Assembly: GCA_950097015.1 (NCBI GenBank)
Contig: CATNEN010000004.1
Coordinates: 62,001-126,000, forward strand
Length of the DNA: 64,000 nucleotides
Origin: Macrostomum hystrix
Taxonomy: Eukaryota > Animalia > Platyhelminthes
Reading direction: 5' to 3'
Both the position numbers and the translations under genes were made by a program. This document shows, one piece after another, positions 49,861-61,189 of the stretch. The notes under the pieces are model-generated. The model saw only the letters and a list, made by a program, of their open reading frames with translations. It did no database searches and had not been told where the DNA came from. Within the stretch, counting starts at the first letter, position 1. Each line of letters begins with the position of its first letter.

Positions 49861-51870
49861 TCAGCTGTCAGTGGCGGTCTGCAGCTTCAGATGGTGCTGC
49901 TCGGAAGCTGGCCCCACAGCCACCAGGAGTCCCTCGGCCTCCGACCTGTTGGCAGCACCGTCTAACCGTCTGATGCCGCCGCTGCTGGAGCCGCCACCGC
50001 CGCCGCCGCGACTGTGCCTGGTGCAAATGTCGTAGCAGTGGATGCAGAAGTCGATCAGTTCTACAACTGAGATCATTGTGAGGCCAACGAAGATGGAGAA
50101 AAGTCCACCAATCTGACTCAGGAAGGAAGTCAGAGACAGGACCTCCTTCTCCTCGACCTTGTGCAGATCAAAGTTGGGCCGGATAAGCTGAATGGACAGC
50201 AGATTGCGCTCCAGCAGGCTCTCGTGCTTCAGCGTGGTGTAGGCCTCCTTAAAGCTACCGTTTTCGCTGTTCATGATGTCTATGGCCTGTTTGTACGATT
50301 TCATCTCCGGTCGGTTCAGCAGACGCCGATAGACCCGGCTGCCAAGAAGGCGTAGCTGGAAGGACCTGGTGGGCCAGTCAGAGGTCGAGCGCTCAGTCTG
50401 GTAGCTGTAGAACGAGCACGGCAGGGTGCAGCTGGCCACCACATCTTTGGAATACTTGGAGATGACGTCGTTCTTGCAGCGGATGTAGCCATAGACCTTC
50501 AGCAGAGTGGCCCGGCAGCTGGCCAGCTTGTCCGGCTGCAAATTCGCAGTGCGCCAGTCGCAGCCGTCGCTGCGCAGGAACTCAACCAGGCCAGTACAGT
50601 AGGTGAAGTTGGCCTCCCTAACTAGCGGATACTCGATGGCCTGGCAGCCGCAGGTGCTGAGAATGTCTCGCTGGATGGTGGCCTGACGGCAGGCGTCCTC
50701 GCTATACCTGTACTCCCTGCCGAACAGGTTGAGGTTTCTTTGCGTGTCCTGCGAGCACCGACCGTAGGGCGCCTGCTTCTGAACGTTTAGCACGTGCTTT
50801 AGTTTGACCTCGGTCAGTGAGCCCGACTTCAGATGAATGGCCTCGTGGTTCACGTCCGGATAAGTGTCGCCAGCGTGTATGGTAAGAACCGCACCCGACA
50901 GCTGCGTGCTGATGTCCATTGTGTAGCAGTCAACGCAGTGGAAGTTCTCCAGGTTCCACTCATTGTCCAGGTACACTGCCATCTCAACCATGGTGGTATT
51001 GTCTCGCAGCTCCTCGTGCAGGTCAAGCGTGTAGCAGTTCATGTAGTTGCCATGCAGGAAGGCGTGAAAATTGCCGGCGTGCATGTCGGCACCGGAACCG
51101 TTCCAGGCGTATTCGGGACTGCAGAACTTCTGGTTGCGAGCGCTGCCGTTCCGGATGACGGCTCGACAGTCAAGGATAAAGTCCTGCAGCGAGTGGCCGA
51201 TGTCCCGACTGGCGGCGCTGGGCAAGCTCTCCAGGTAAGCTGGGAAACCCAGCGAGCCAGAGAAGTTGTAGTAGATAAACTGCGTGGACTCATTGTAGAA
51301 AAACAGGTTGCGGATGAATAGCTCCAGCGACTCGGAGAAGTCGCGCGGATATTTCCAGCCCTGCTCCTTCAGCCGGCGCCGGCCCTCTGAGGACAGTGGA
51401 CGCATGTTGCAGAGAGTGACTGATGGGAAGGGCGAGTTGTAGTCTTTCAGCACGCGCGGCGGATGCATGACATCGTATTCGATAAACTGCAGCGTCAGGA
51501 ACGACAAGCAAAGGATGCAGGCAACAAAAAGGGCGACAACAAAGAAGATCCACAGAAGGCGGATGCGACGGCTCTCCGACTTGACGATGCGTGGAATGCC
51601 GCGAATGGTGGTGTTCTCGCAGAAGCAGATGAACTGGCGGTGCAGGGCGCTGCGGACCGGGACAAGGTTGGCTGGCCCGGTCGCTTCCACAACTGCCAAT
51701 GAGGCCACAGCCGACGCCTGCACGTTGGCGTCAGCGTCAGCGCCATCGTCACTCCGAGCCCGACTGTTGGCCTGGACAGCGTACCGGTGCAGCGGGAGCG
51801 TCACGGAGTCATTCGTGTTAGCACCACCGTCGTCAGTTAGGTGAAGGCGCTTCGGCTGCTGTCTCGACAC
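49861..51870 (-). CDS. DEG/ENaC (amiloride-sensitive) channel subunit, intronless body; true start unresolved
   Basis: FCENTTIRGIPRI, TM1, FPSVTLCN, GNYMNCYT, cysteine-rich thumb, and TM2 FLSQIGGLFSIFVGLTMISVVELIDF. Confidence 0.93.
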   Translation of the reverse strand: MSRQQPKRLHLTDDGGANTNDSVTLPLHRYAVQANSRARSDDGADADANVQASAVASLAVVEATGPANLVPVRSALHRQFICFCENTTIRGIPRIVKSESRRIRLLWIFFVVALFVACILCLSFLTLQFIEYDVMHPPRVLKDYNSPFPSVTLCNMRPLSSEGRRRLKEQGWKYPRDFSESLELFIRNLFFYNESTQFIYYNFSGSLGFPAYLESLPSAASRDIGHSLQDFILDCRAVIRNGSARNQKFCSPEYAWNGSGADMHAGNFHAFLHGNYMNCYTLDLHEELRDNTTMVEMAVYLDNEWNLENFHCVDCYTMDISTQLSGAVLTIHAGDTYPDVNHEAIHLKSGSLTEVKLKHVLNVQKQAPYGRCSQDTQRNLNLFGREYRYSEDACRQATIQRDILSTCGCQAIEYPLVREANFTYCTGLVEFLRSDGCDWRTANLQPDKLASCRATLLKVYGYIRCKNDVISKYSKDVVASCTLPCSFYSYQTERSTSDWPTRSFQLRLLGSRVYRRLLNRPEMKSYKQAIDIMNSENGSFKEAYTTLKHESLLERNLLSIQLIRPNFDLHKVEEKEVLSLTSFLSQIGGLFSIFVGLTMISVVELIDFCIHCYDICTRHSRGGGGGGSSSGGIRRLDGAANRSEAEGLLVAVGPASEQHHLKLQTATDS

Positions 51871-53778
51871 TTCTGCGCTTCATCGCTTAGGAAGTTGCGA
51901 CTCACTCTGGAGCCGAGATTTTGTGTGCGAGAGCAGGCGAAATCAGAGTGTAAAACAGACGACTCCAGGGCCTTTTTGTAGCTTGCAGTTGCATATCCTG
52001 CCCTATATAAATTCTGCAAGAGCTTCAGTTGGGTATGGGGTTTATTTTGCGTTAACCAATAGCTGCCCAAGAGCGACATAATTGGTCTAGAGCTCTTCCG
52101 TGTGGTCGATGCAGTCGATGCGGTTCCGAAAGTGACATGCCCAAAGACTAACTTTCAAATGCCACGGGTTTTTTACGAGGTCAGCTTAAATGCGGTGACA
52201 ACGACTGTTGTCTAAGCACAGACCACAAGAATTCAAGCCTGGTACAAAATCAAAACCTCCAATGCGGCCAAACAGGCTTTAGCATTAATCTTTGTCGTAT
52301 CGGATTCTCTTTGGCAATGTGCCGCCAGTCGGCTCTCTCTGTTTCGATCAACAATGTCCGCTGGCCAGCAGAAAATTGATTGTCCCGAGCAACTCTTGAG
52401 GACTAGCTAAGGCGGATTAAGCTGGTCCCATTATATCATGGATCTTATAGCAGAGGTTTACAACCGCTGAAGACAAGACCCAAGTCTCTACAGGCTGGCT
52501 CTGGCCGTAGAGTTGGTACGGGGAAGTGGACGAGGCCCGCCCGGAGACAACCGGGTCGCCGACCCTACGGGCAGCTGAAGGATGAGGCAGAGTCCGGGGA
52601 AGGTCGCAGAGGTGGCCTTTATAGAGGTCGCTCTGTGGACCGGAGCGAAGGCGCGAGATTTCGCTGCCGAGGAGATGCGAGGAGTTCTTCCCGACGGCAA
52701 TTGCGAAATAAAGTACCGGACGATGCACAAGAAATCAACGCGATGAGAAAGGGCATTCGCACTGATGAGTAAGGGCGTAATGAGGACGGGCTGGGTAGCG
52801 GACGACGCGTGGGGTAGGGCAAGCCAGAGGCGACTAAAGCGAGGCGTGACCAATGGAACAACAGACAGAAAAGAAAAGGCGGGGAGGGGTTAGGGCCCGT
52901 GGTCTTCCCCAGCCAATCTCCACACGCAGCGGGGGCAGAGGGGGGAGGGGGAGGGCGCGCATCGGCTAACCCACACCCCCGACCCGACCGGCCAGGAGGC
53001 CAGCACCAAAACAAAAAACAAGAGAACGACTGCACTGTAGATAACCGTAGATGTGCAAAATTAAAAATATTCCTGGAAGACTTTATGTTGAATATACTCG
53101 CAGTTTTTCGTTCGGCTCTAGAACATTTCAAAGCAAAAATAATTTAAACAAGATTGTCTGTCCACTTCAAACTATAGACACACTTCCATGATTGTCATGC
53201 CTTCTTTGTCTGAAAATGATCAATGCTCACTCAGCGAATTTAGAGCTTTCCGATTTTTTCCAGTGCAGCACTAGACAGAAGTTGGACAGCAATGGCCTCT
53301 GGAAGCCGGGTATGATTGACAAGCCAGTTCTGCGATGAATAAGCATCTCCCTCATGGCCTGGAGGCATTTCCTAAACTGAAGTCCGTCCAGACTATTTTT
53401 TGTTTCGTGGCATCGTTTCGTCCTTTTTTGAACAAAAAGCAACATAAAGAGAATATTTAGCAGCACTGAAAGCAGAGGTTTAGTTTAGTTCCTCTGCTAA
53501 ACTAGGACATTTCATCCCAGATCTAGTATTAACTTTCCATTTAGTTTAAACATAGCTTTCTATGGGGTGGGTATGACATATTTATTCATGACAGATATGT
53601 TAATCCCATGACAGTGCAGAATAGAATTGACATGTTTGACCCCTATAAGCGAATGGCGAACACACTCAAGCCCTGGGAGGTTGTCAGTTACAGTTTTTTG
53701 AAAATAAAAAATCATAGCAACTTTTTTCGATAAAACCCGCGAAAGTTCATTGTAGTTTCTTACTTCGTTAATTTGTTT

Positions 53779-54092
53779 GGTTGTAGCCTTTTGGTTAGAA
53801 CGTCGGACTCACGACTTGAAGGTCGGGGGTTCGATTCCCGACTCCACTGGAGCAATTTTTGTTCATTAGGAAGGCAACTTCACTCTGCATTGCTTCAGTT
53901 CACCCAACTGTTAAATGGGTACCAGCATCAGCTAGGGTTGTTGAGGGTGAGGGTGGGTGTGGCATCTTCCCAGTCCATGGACTGACCAGCAGTACGCAGC
54001 CTTCAGATGCGCCGCGCAATAGCTGCAGCTGTGCTGTCGGCTGCAAGTTTTGCCTGATAGGGGCAGGTGTAATCAATTATTATTATTATTAA
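53779..54092 (+). mobile_element. Full-length tRNA-derived SINE with an (ATT)n tail
   Basis: A/B boxes, a conserved-type central block TTCACCCAACTGTTAAATGGGTACC, the palindrome CAGTCCATGGACTG and an ATT tail. A second copy is at 32914-33189. Confidence 0.9.
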
Positions 54093-54310
54093 AATTATTT
54101 CATTGAGTGAACTGTTGACGTTTAAAGGATGCATAAATATTAAATTAAAGTACTTTTACACAGTTAGGGAATCGGAAAAAGTGGCATTAAATCTTTGATT
54201 TTCGGATTATTGAATTTAGGGTTACGGTTTTTTTACAGTAAGACTACGAAGCCATTTTGCCACCCAGGGAAAGTTCCCCCTGACATTTTTTGGCAGCGCC
54301 TGAATGCTAA

Positions 54311-54781
54311 CAGCGTTGGGTGGTGACTGATTGGTTGACAAACTGGACGATGGTGTCCTGTGATTGAGCTGCGCCTAATATTTTGGCTTGATCGGTGATA
54401 TTGGAGAAATTCGCGTCAGGATGTCAAAAGTTGCCTAAATTTCCACTTGTTGTAGCCCTTGAAGGTCCAGCAGTCCGTCTAGATAAAGGTAGGTGACTAC
54501 CGAAGACGGAGATGATGCAGGCACATTCGCGTGACATGCTGATAAATTTTGAAGGCCTGGCAAGGCCGCACTGAGGCGTAGTGCCAATTCGTGCATCCGG
54601 GTGTATGAAATACACTAGCGCTTATGGGAAAAATATGGCCTTCGGCCAGAACCATTGAATATCTCGACGGTCTGAAGAGCTGGCGACTCGATTCTTGTTT
54701 CAGAAGATGCGCAACAAAAAGCTGGCCCGTGTTCTTGAGTTTCGTGTGCTTGCCTTGTTCCGTTCGGGTGCAGCACAAAAA
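54311..54781. mobile_element. ~470-bp dispersed repeat, copy B
   Basis: Collinear with 20478-20950. Confidence 0.75.
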
Positions 54782-56684
54782 ATGGCCTTGAATTATCGTC
54801 AGCCTTAGATTTTTACGCACAGAATTTGTAATACACACAATTCATTCTCGCATTAAACCAGATGATGACGCCTTGATAAGCTTTTGGAATTTGGAATCGA
54901 GATCAAGGATCGGGTGGCATTTCGGGAAGATGACTTCAAGGCTTGGAGTGGCAGCTTGTCCACTGGCCCGCCGCTGTATCTGGAGCAGCCCTGTTACATG
55001 CTCTTGCCTCTCTTCCTCGAGGTCTATTTATAAGAGCTGCATTGACAGGCCTGAGCACAAAATCTCAATTCATGTGGGAGACGGTGCGTGCTCTCTTGTT
55101 CCGTTTCACATATGGTCAGGTCAGCTTGGCTCAACGCCGCAGAGCAATGGGAGAGGTTCTCAGTTGCATTATGGACTCACAATCCAGATATAGAATTAAG
55201 GCGATCAATTTATGTCGCATGCATGCAGTTCTGGTTGCAGGAGTCTATTTTCCAGATTCAATTTGGAAGATTCGAGCGGAAAATATATCTATTTACAATT
55301 AACCGACCGCGGGTAAGGCAAGTTAAGTGCTATTATACCTGATCATTGGCCGGTTGGCAAGAGGAATGCATTGATCTATTCGTCAATAAATTCCTCATAC
55401 GCATGCAGGCACAATGCATGTCAAGAATGAGTACAGAAAATGCAAAACTACAGTGCATCAATCTTTTATTTTATTCATTTGATCAACAACGGAATGTCAG
55501 CTATCATGTACATTAAATTTACATGATAACATTTTTGAGCAGAAAAATGATGCCATTTTGGTTAACACACGCTCCTATGATGCACATGTATATCATATGC
55601 TACTAAATTGACGGGGCAGACCCGTCCTGATGTAATCAGGTGTTATCATCTCTATAAAGCATCGATTACGGCGGGGAACATCGGACTGATGCTGTCATAA
55701 ACTCGCTCCTGTGTTCTTTCTTAAATTTACACAGCTCTTCCAAAGCAGCGGGCAAATGCACAGAGATAATGCAATTTCCGATTGCTTTTTTAGACTCTCG
55801 GGGTGAAAATGAGATTTAATACGAGCTACATATCATTTAATACTCGTACATGCGATGCCTGTATAATGATTTGATTATACTCTAGTTATACTCTAGCCAT
55901 ACTCCTTTTTGCAAACAGCGATTTTCTGCTTAGCAAAATTGTAGACCTACTTGTACACAAGCTCATAACTATTTAATCTCAAACTTCGAGAAAATTCACC
56001 CGAGCAGTTTGGAACCGTCGATATAAAATTGGGCATGGTATTCACTTTCCTCTTCTTTCCATAAAGGGCAAACAAACGTCATATGCTACGTTTAGAAATC
56101 ATGGACTTTGTGTATAATGGGAAAGTATATTACTGAATATGTTTTGAGCATAACTCTGACTTGACTCAAGAAAATTCGAGCAAATGTTTCAAAACCTTGC
56201 CTATGATCAGAGTTTATTCTTACTGTCGCGAGTCTCTACTCAGTCGCAAGGCACCCATGTAATCAGTTTCACCAACAATGACTACTTCCAAGCACCCACG
56301 GGTAGATTGTTCTTTAAACCAATAATATGCCGAGCACAACTGTTGGCTTAGCATATTACACAAATTACTCTTATTTTTGTCCAGTGTATGCTCAAACAAG
56401 CTTTGGGATACAGTTTTTGCCCGCTGTGTCAATAAGAGGCCAAAACATTAATATGCAAAAAGGTTTTTTATTGCCCCGACTGTCCGATTTGACTGCACGT
56501 GATAGGACATCGAAACAGAGAATATTTAGAATACACTTGGGTTGTACTGCTGCTGCAATTCCTGACTGGCAAGAGGTGACACCTGCACACAAAATGCTGA
56601 GCATTATCACGGTCAAGGCCGCAGTAGAGACAGAGCGGGGGATGAGACTTTCCCGCAATGAGCTTTTCCCGAATCAGATTTCCC

Positions 56685-57425
56685 CCAGGAGCTTTTCCTG
56701 CAGCGAACCTTTACCCAGGAGCTTTTCCTGCAGCGAGCTTCTCCCCCAAGAGCTTTTCCTGCAGCGAACCTTTACCCAGGAGCTTTTCCTGCAGCGAACC
56801 TTTACCCAGGAGCTTTTCCTGCAGCGAGCTTCTCCCCTAAGAGCTTTTCCTGCAGCGAACCTTTACCCAGGAGCTTTTCCTGCAGCGAACCTTTATCCAG
56901 GAGCTTTTCCTGCAGCGAACCTTTATCCAGGAGCTTTTCCTGCAGCGAACCTTTACCCAGGAGCTTTTCCTGCAGCGAGCTTCTCCCCTAAGAGCTTTTC
57001 CTGCAGCGAACCTTTACCCAGGAGCTTTTCCTGCAGCGAACCTTTATCCAGGAGCTTTTCCTGCAGCGAACCTTTACCCAGGAGCTTTTCCTGCAGCGAG
57101 CTTCTCCCCCAAGAGCTTTTCCTGCAGCGAACCTTTACCCAGGAGCTTTTCCTGCAGCGAACCTTTACCCAGGAGCTTTTCCTGCAGTGAGCTTCTCCCC
57201 TAAGAGCTTTTCCTGCAGCGAACCTTTACCCAGGAGCTTTTCCTGCAGCGAACCTTTATCCAGGAGCTTTTCCTGCAGCGAACCTTTACCCAGGAGCTTT
57301 TCCTGCAGCGAACCTTTATCCAGGAGCTTTTCCTGCAGCGAACCTTTACCCAGGAGCTTTTCCTGCAGCGAACCTTTATCCAGGAGCTTTTCCTGCAGCG
57401 AACTTTTAACCCAAGAGCTTTTCCC
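56685..57425. repeat. 30-bp minisatellite (GAGCTTTTCCTGCAGCGAACCTTTACCCAG)
   Basis: Directly visible. Confidence 0.97.
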
Positions 57426-57679
57426 AAGAAGCAAGTCTCAGATGATCAGAGCTAAGAATAATTAAAAAGATAGACCGTATAGGAACTTCTGAATTATAAT
57501 GGCGCAATAGACAGTGAGAATTTTATTGATTTCTTTTGCATTTATTCACTAACAGATTTGGCAGGATTGGATGACTATAAAAAACTTGCGCAATTAGCGA
57601 ACTTCTCAGTTTCATTTTCAGCAAATCAGAAGGCTGTACTCTTGCGTTTTGGACTACTGTACGAGGACACTTAATTTAA

Positions 57680-57790
57680 CTGGGGCTGTCCATGGACTAA
57701 AAAGCTGTACACAGCCTTTGGCAGCGCCGTGCAATAGCTGCGGCTGTGCCACACTGGCTGCACATCTGGCCCAATTGGGTGTCATTACTG
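57680..57790 (+). mobile_element. 3' fragment of the SINE family
   Basis: GTCCATGGAC...GCGCCGTGCAATAGCTGC...CACATCTGGCCCAAT matches the copies at 53779 and 32914. Confidence 0.7.
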
Positions 57791-58247
57791 TTGTATCTGC
57801 CGCAAGCAACACTAAGAAAACCTGTCATCATGGGGGACGGAAGAAATAGTAACAGGCGCAGCAGAAAGCTTGTAGACACAAAAAGCATGTCAACCATTTT
57901 CTGCAGAGTTGAACAATTTTCATTTCATAATAATAGAAACAAAATAGGAAATAAATTTGAATAAGGAATCGAAGATAAAAGTTAACATATCAAAAGTAGC
58001 TGACACAAAAAGCTTATTTACTTAAGCGATCAATAGATCATAATTAACACAGTTAAAAGCACGGATTAGTGTTTCTGATCCGTGTCACTGATATGCAGCA
58101 CAAGAGTAATTGGAAGAAAGCGGAAACAGAAAGCAATACACGCTATCGGTAGAACTTTTCAAAGCACTAAAGTACAATAAATTACACTAAAAACTGCTAC
58201 GTCAAGAATAATGGAAACTTATAACTGCGACTCAACTGAGTGCAGAC

Positions 58248-59516
58248 TCACAAACACAATTCGGTACAAACACTGCTATCTGTTAAAAAACTATCAGTTA
58301 AACTTTTATTACTTCCCTTGCTCGCCGCATCTTCTGACGCTGGCTGGGAGGCAGCAGCTGCGCTGACATAGCCATCCACAGTTCCTGACGCTGGCTGGGA
58401 GGCAGCAGCTGCGCTGACATCACCATACGCATCTCCTGACACTGGCTGGGAGGCAGCAGCTGCGCTGACATCGCCATCCACAGTTCCTGACGCTGGCTGG
58501 GAGGCAGCAGCTGCGCTGACATCACCATACGCATCTCCTGACACTGGCTGGGAGGCAGCAGCTGCGTTGACATCGCCATACGCATCTCCTGACACTGGCT
58601 GGGAGGCAGCAGCTGCGTTGACATCGCCATACGCATCTCCTGACACTGGCTGGGAGGCAGCAGCTGCGTTGACATCGCCATACGCATCTCCTGACACTGG
58701 CTGGGAGGCAGCAGCTGCGTTGACATCGCCATCCGCATCTTCTGACGCTGGCTGACAGGCTGCATTCGACATCGCGCCTTCTTGGCCCGCCAGATAATAG
58801 AAGATGGACACAGAGGATTGGCTGTCGATCTGCAAGGTCGAGAAGCCAGCCCGCAGCAGCGAGTCAGCCAAGGCATCAGAGGTGATGTCGATGACTAGGA
58901 CAAGTTTGTATCTGGCAGCCAGATAGGGCCAAAAGTCCAAATCGGCATTGACTGAATGAGCAAAGCTCAGCACAACCATATCGGCGCCGGGTAAAACACG
59001 ACTAGCGTCGGCTGCGCACTTCACGCAGCCGGGTTTGAACCATAGACTGTAGGGCAGCCGACTCACGCGCAGCTGTTCATCCAGGGAGGCCAGGAGAGGT
59101 CGCCAGCCGGGGCAGCGGTCCACTAGGAATAGGACAAGCGGAGCGGCCTGCGCAGAGCTGTGGTGCCGCCTGGACAGCAGGGCGATGGCGTCGGACCCTG
59201 GGCCGCAGCCGACGCAGACGGCGCTCCGGCTGCTCATCAGCAGCCTGTCGACGGCTTCAATATTTGAGACAGCTTCAAGAGCTTTGGCCGAAATGCTGAC
59301 AGACCAGGGCAGCTTCGAGATGGCATAGCAACAACGGAACAGCTCATCATCGTAGTACTCCAGATGCTGCTGCTTCCATTTCTGCTGCTCCCATTCAGTG
59401 TAGCGACGCCAGCCCCGGCTGTGACTGTCCCGCTCTTTGCTCAGCTTCTCATTAGCGCACCTGTGCACCGCCTGGATCAGGGAGGCACTGAGCAAGATGC
59501 CAGCCCCACTGTCCAT
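58248..59516 (-). CDS. Intronless class I SAM-dependent methyltransferase-fold protein with a C-terminal 17-aa repeat (DVNAAAASQPVSGDAYG)
   Basis: Motif I VCVGCGPGSD, motif II LVDRCPGW, and post-II ADMVVLSF. A 51-bp coding tandem repeat spans ~58330-58755. Confidence 0.75.
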   Translation of the reverse strand: MDSGAGILLSASLIQAVHRCANEKLSKERDSHSRGWRRYTEWEQQKWKQQHLEYYDDELFRCCYAISKLPWSVSISAKALEAVSNIEAVDRLLMSSRSAVCVGCGPGSDAIALLSRRHHSSAQAAPLVLFLVDRCPGWRPLLASLDEQLRVSRLPYSLWFKPGCVKCAADASRVLPGADMVVLSFAHSVNADLDFWPYLAARYKLVLVIDITSDALADSLLRAGFSTLQIDSQSSVSIFYYLAGQEGAMSNAACQPASEDADGDVNAAAASQPVSGDAYGDVNAAAASQPVSGDAYGDVNAAAASQPVSGDAYGDVNAAAASQPVSGDAYGDVSAAAASQPASGTVDGDVSAAAASQPVSGDAYGDVSAAAASQPASGTVDGYVSAAAASQPASEDAASKGSNKSLTDSFLTDSSVCTELCL

Positions 59517-61189
59517 CTGGCCCCAGTGACTGCACTACCAAATTACTGGGCAAATTAACTTAGTTAGGCTGACCTCAGCTGCAAGAGGACAGGAGTGAAA
59601 GCCACATAGTGAAAGTAAGTCATATTAAAACAACTCCAAAAGTGAAATACTGGCAGTTTTCTGACCCATGACTTGGTCTATATTGTTTTGTTATAGCTGT
59701 TAAAACTAAAAATTACTGATTCACTATTAAATGTTTCAAGGGTGAAGCCTATGCTGATGCGGCAGTACCTAAATTTATAGAAATAATTTTGAAGGCTTTA
59801 ATTTTTTATGTATAATAGCTTTACTAGTTACATCATTTTGCAGATAGAAAAGTGTGATTGTAGTTCATGTTTCTAATGAATAATTGCTATGAAATTAATT
59901 AGTATTATTATAAAGATTTTTACAAAACAACATTTCAGACCTATACTTAGATATGTATTCCATAGTCCAAATGGTGCTATGGCTAAAAACAGAAACAAAA
60001 TGGCCAAATTTGTCAGCCAGCCAGGCTTATTCCAAAAACAAATGTGTCATATTTGGCTTGTGCTAAAAATGAAAACACAATATATAGTTAAATATGTGAA
60101 TTAGAAAAGTAAAAAACCTAGTTCAATTAAAAGTTTTCTAATAAATAAGTCTAAAAAGGGTAAAATAAATCAGTAAAAATGTTACCTAGAAGATAAGTTG
60201 AATTTGCTTTAAAAATGTTGCAATTTAATATTTTAGGCCTATAGCTTAAATTTATATTATACATAAAAAATCTAAATTAAGATTTAAGTGATCCATAACT
60301 GTTGACTGATCATTTAAAAAACTATCTTACATGATATAGGTGGTCAAAAACTTACACCAAAGCATTTATACTAAGAGTTCATTAAGCTACATTTAAGCAA
60401 GTTCAATTTTTTACCTAATATTTATACCACAACCAATGATAAGGGACCAAGATATAGCATATATTGAAGTTAGATATAGCTAGCTAATATATTTTGTACA
60501 AATTGATTGGAGACAGCTGTGCTACATATCCCTCAAGGTATCATTTAGCTAAAAGTACAGTGAAATAAAAAAAGTTGGTTTATGACTACATTTAGCTTAT
60601 CTTTACTTAGTGATTTTAGGTAGCTATACATGCTAACCTTCATCAGATCATTTAAGATCATTGAGGTAAACCAGAATATAATTTTGATTGTTAAGAATTT
60701 GAAGAGTAGAACTAAAACCAGACAATGATTTAGGTACATCGTTAATGATTATTAATTATTGCAACTATGTTATATATTTTTTAGGTCTAGCTAGGCTACT
60801 AGCAATGGTGGTTCTAGAATTTGTGTCGCAAATAATAGGTCGATGCATTTAATTTAGGCTATCTGAGATGTGAATGAATACCGATATATCATAATGATAG
60901 ACCTAGTCTAGATAATTAGAGTGGTTCAGTTCATGTACTTTCGACTTGGAGTGCTTATACTCATTTGCAGGGCTGCAGCCAGGCAGTACTCTTAAAATGT
61001 AGCAGTATAAATTTTATTGCAGACGATCTGGTCGTAAATCGTAAAGATTTTTATGGTCACGATAGGCTTGTTCACTTAGCTTATTGTTTAGAACTTATTT
61101 GATTCGAGAACCAAAGTTCGATCAGTTTCCTATATTCCAGGAAATTAAGCAGTAAAACTACCACAGGGCTCTACATTCGAGCTCCACGT

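Noticed and set aside
52740-52800. Hammerhead ribozyme core CTGATGAG (also CTGAAGAG at ~20840 and ~54672)
   Set aside because: There is no correctly placed GAAA and no stems I-III can be built.
53779-53850. tRNA gene (also 33115-33189, 21165-21235, 43984-44055)
   Set aside because: A and B boxes are present, but the acceptor and anticodon stems do not pair and each continues into a SINE body.
54870-55340. Overlapping 84-119 aa ORFs
   Set aside because: They have no recognisable motifs, use non-ATG starts, and have stops in the neighbouring frames.
341-57465. Many long ORFs in the track that lie on tandem arrays (e.g. 771-1355, 1289-2572, 22697-23341, 23835-24485, 25895-26827, 48764-49225, 56327-57190)
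   Set aside because: They are artefacts of stop-free repeat units, and several lie inside introns of well-supported genes.
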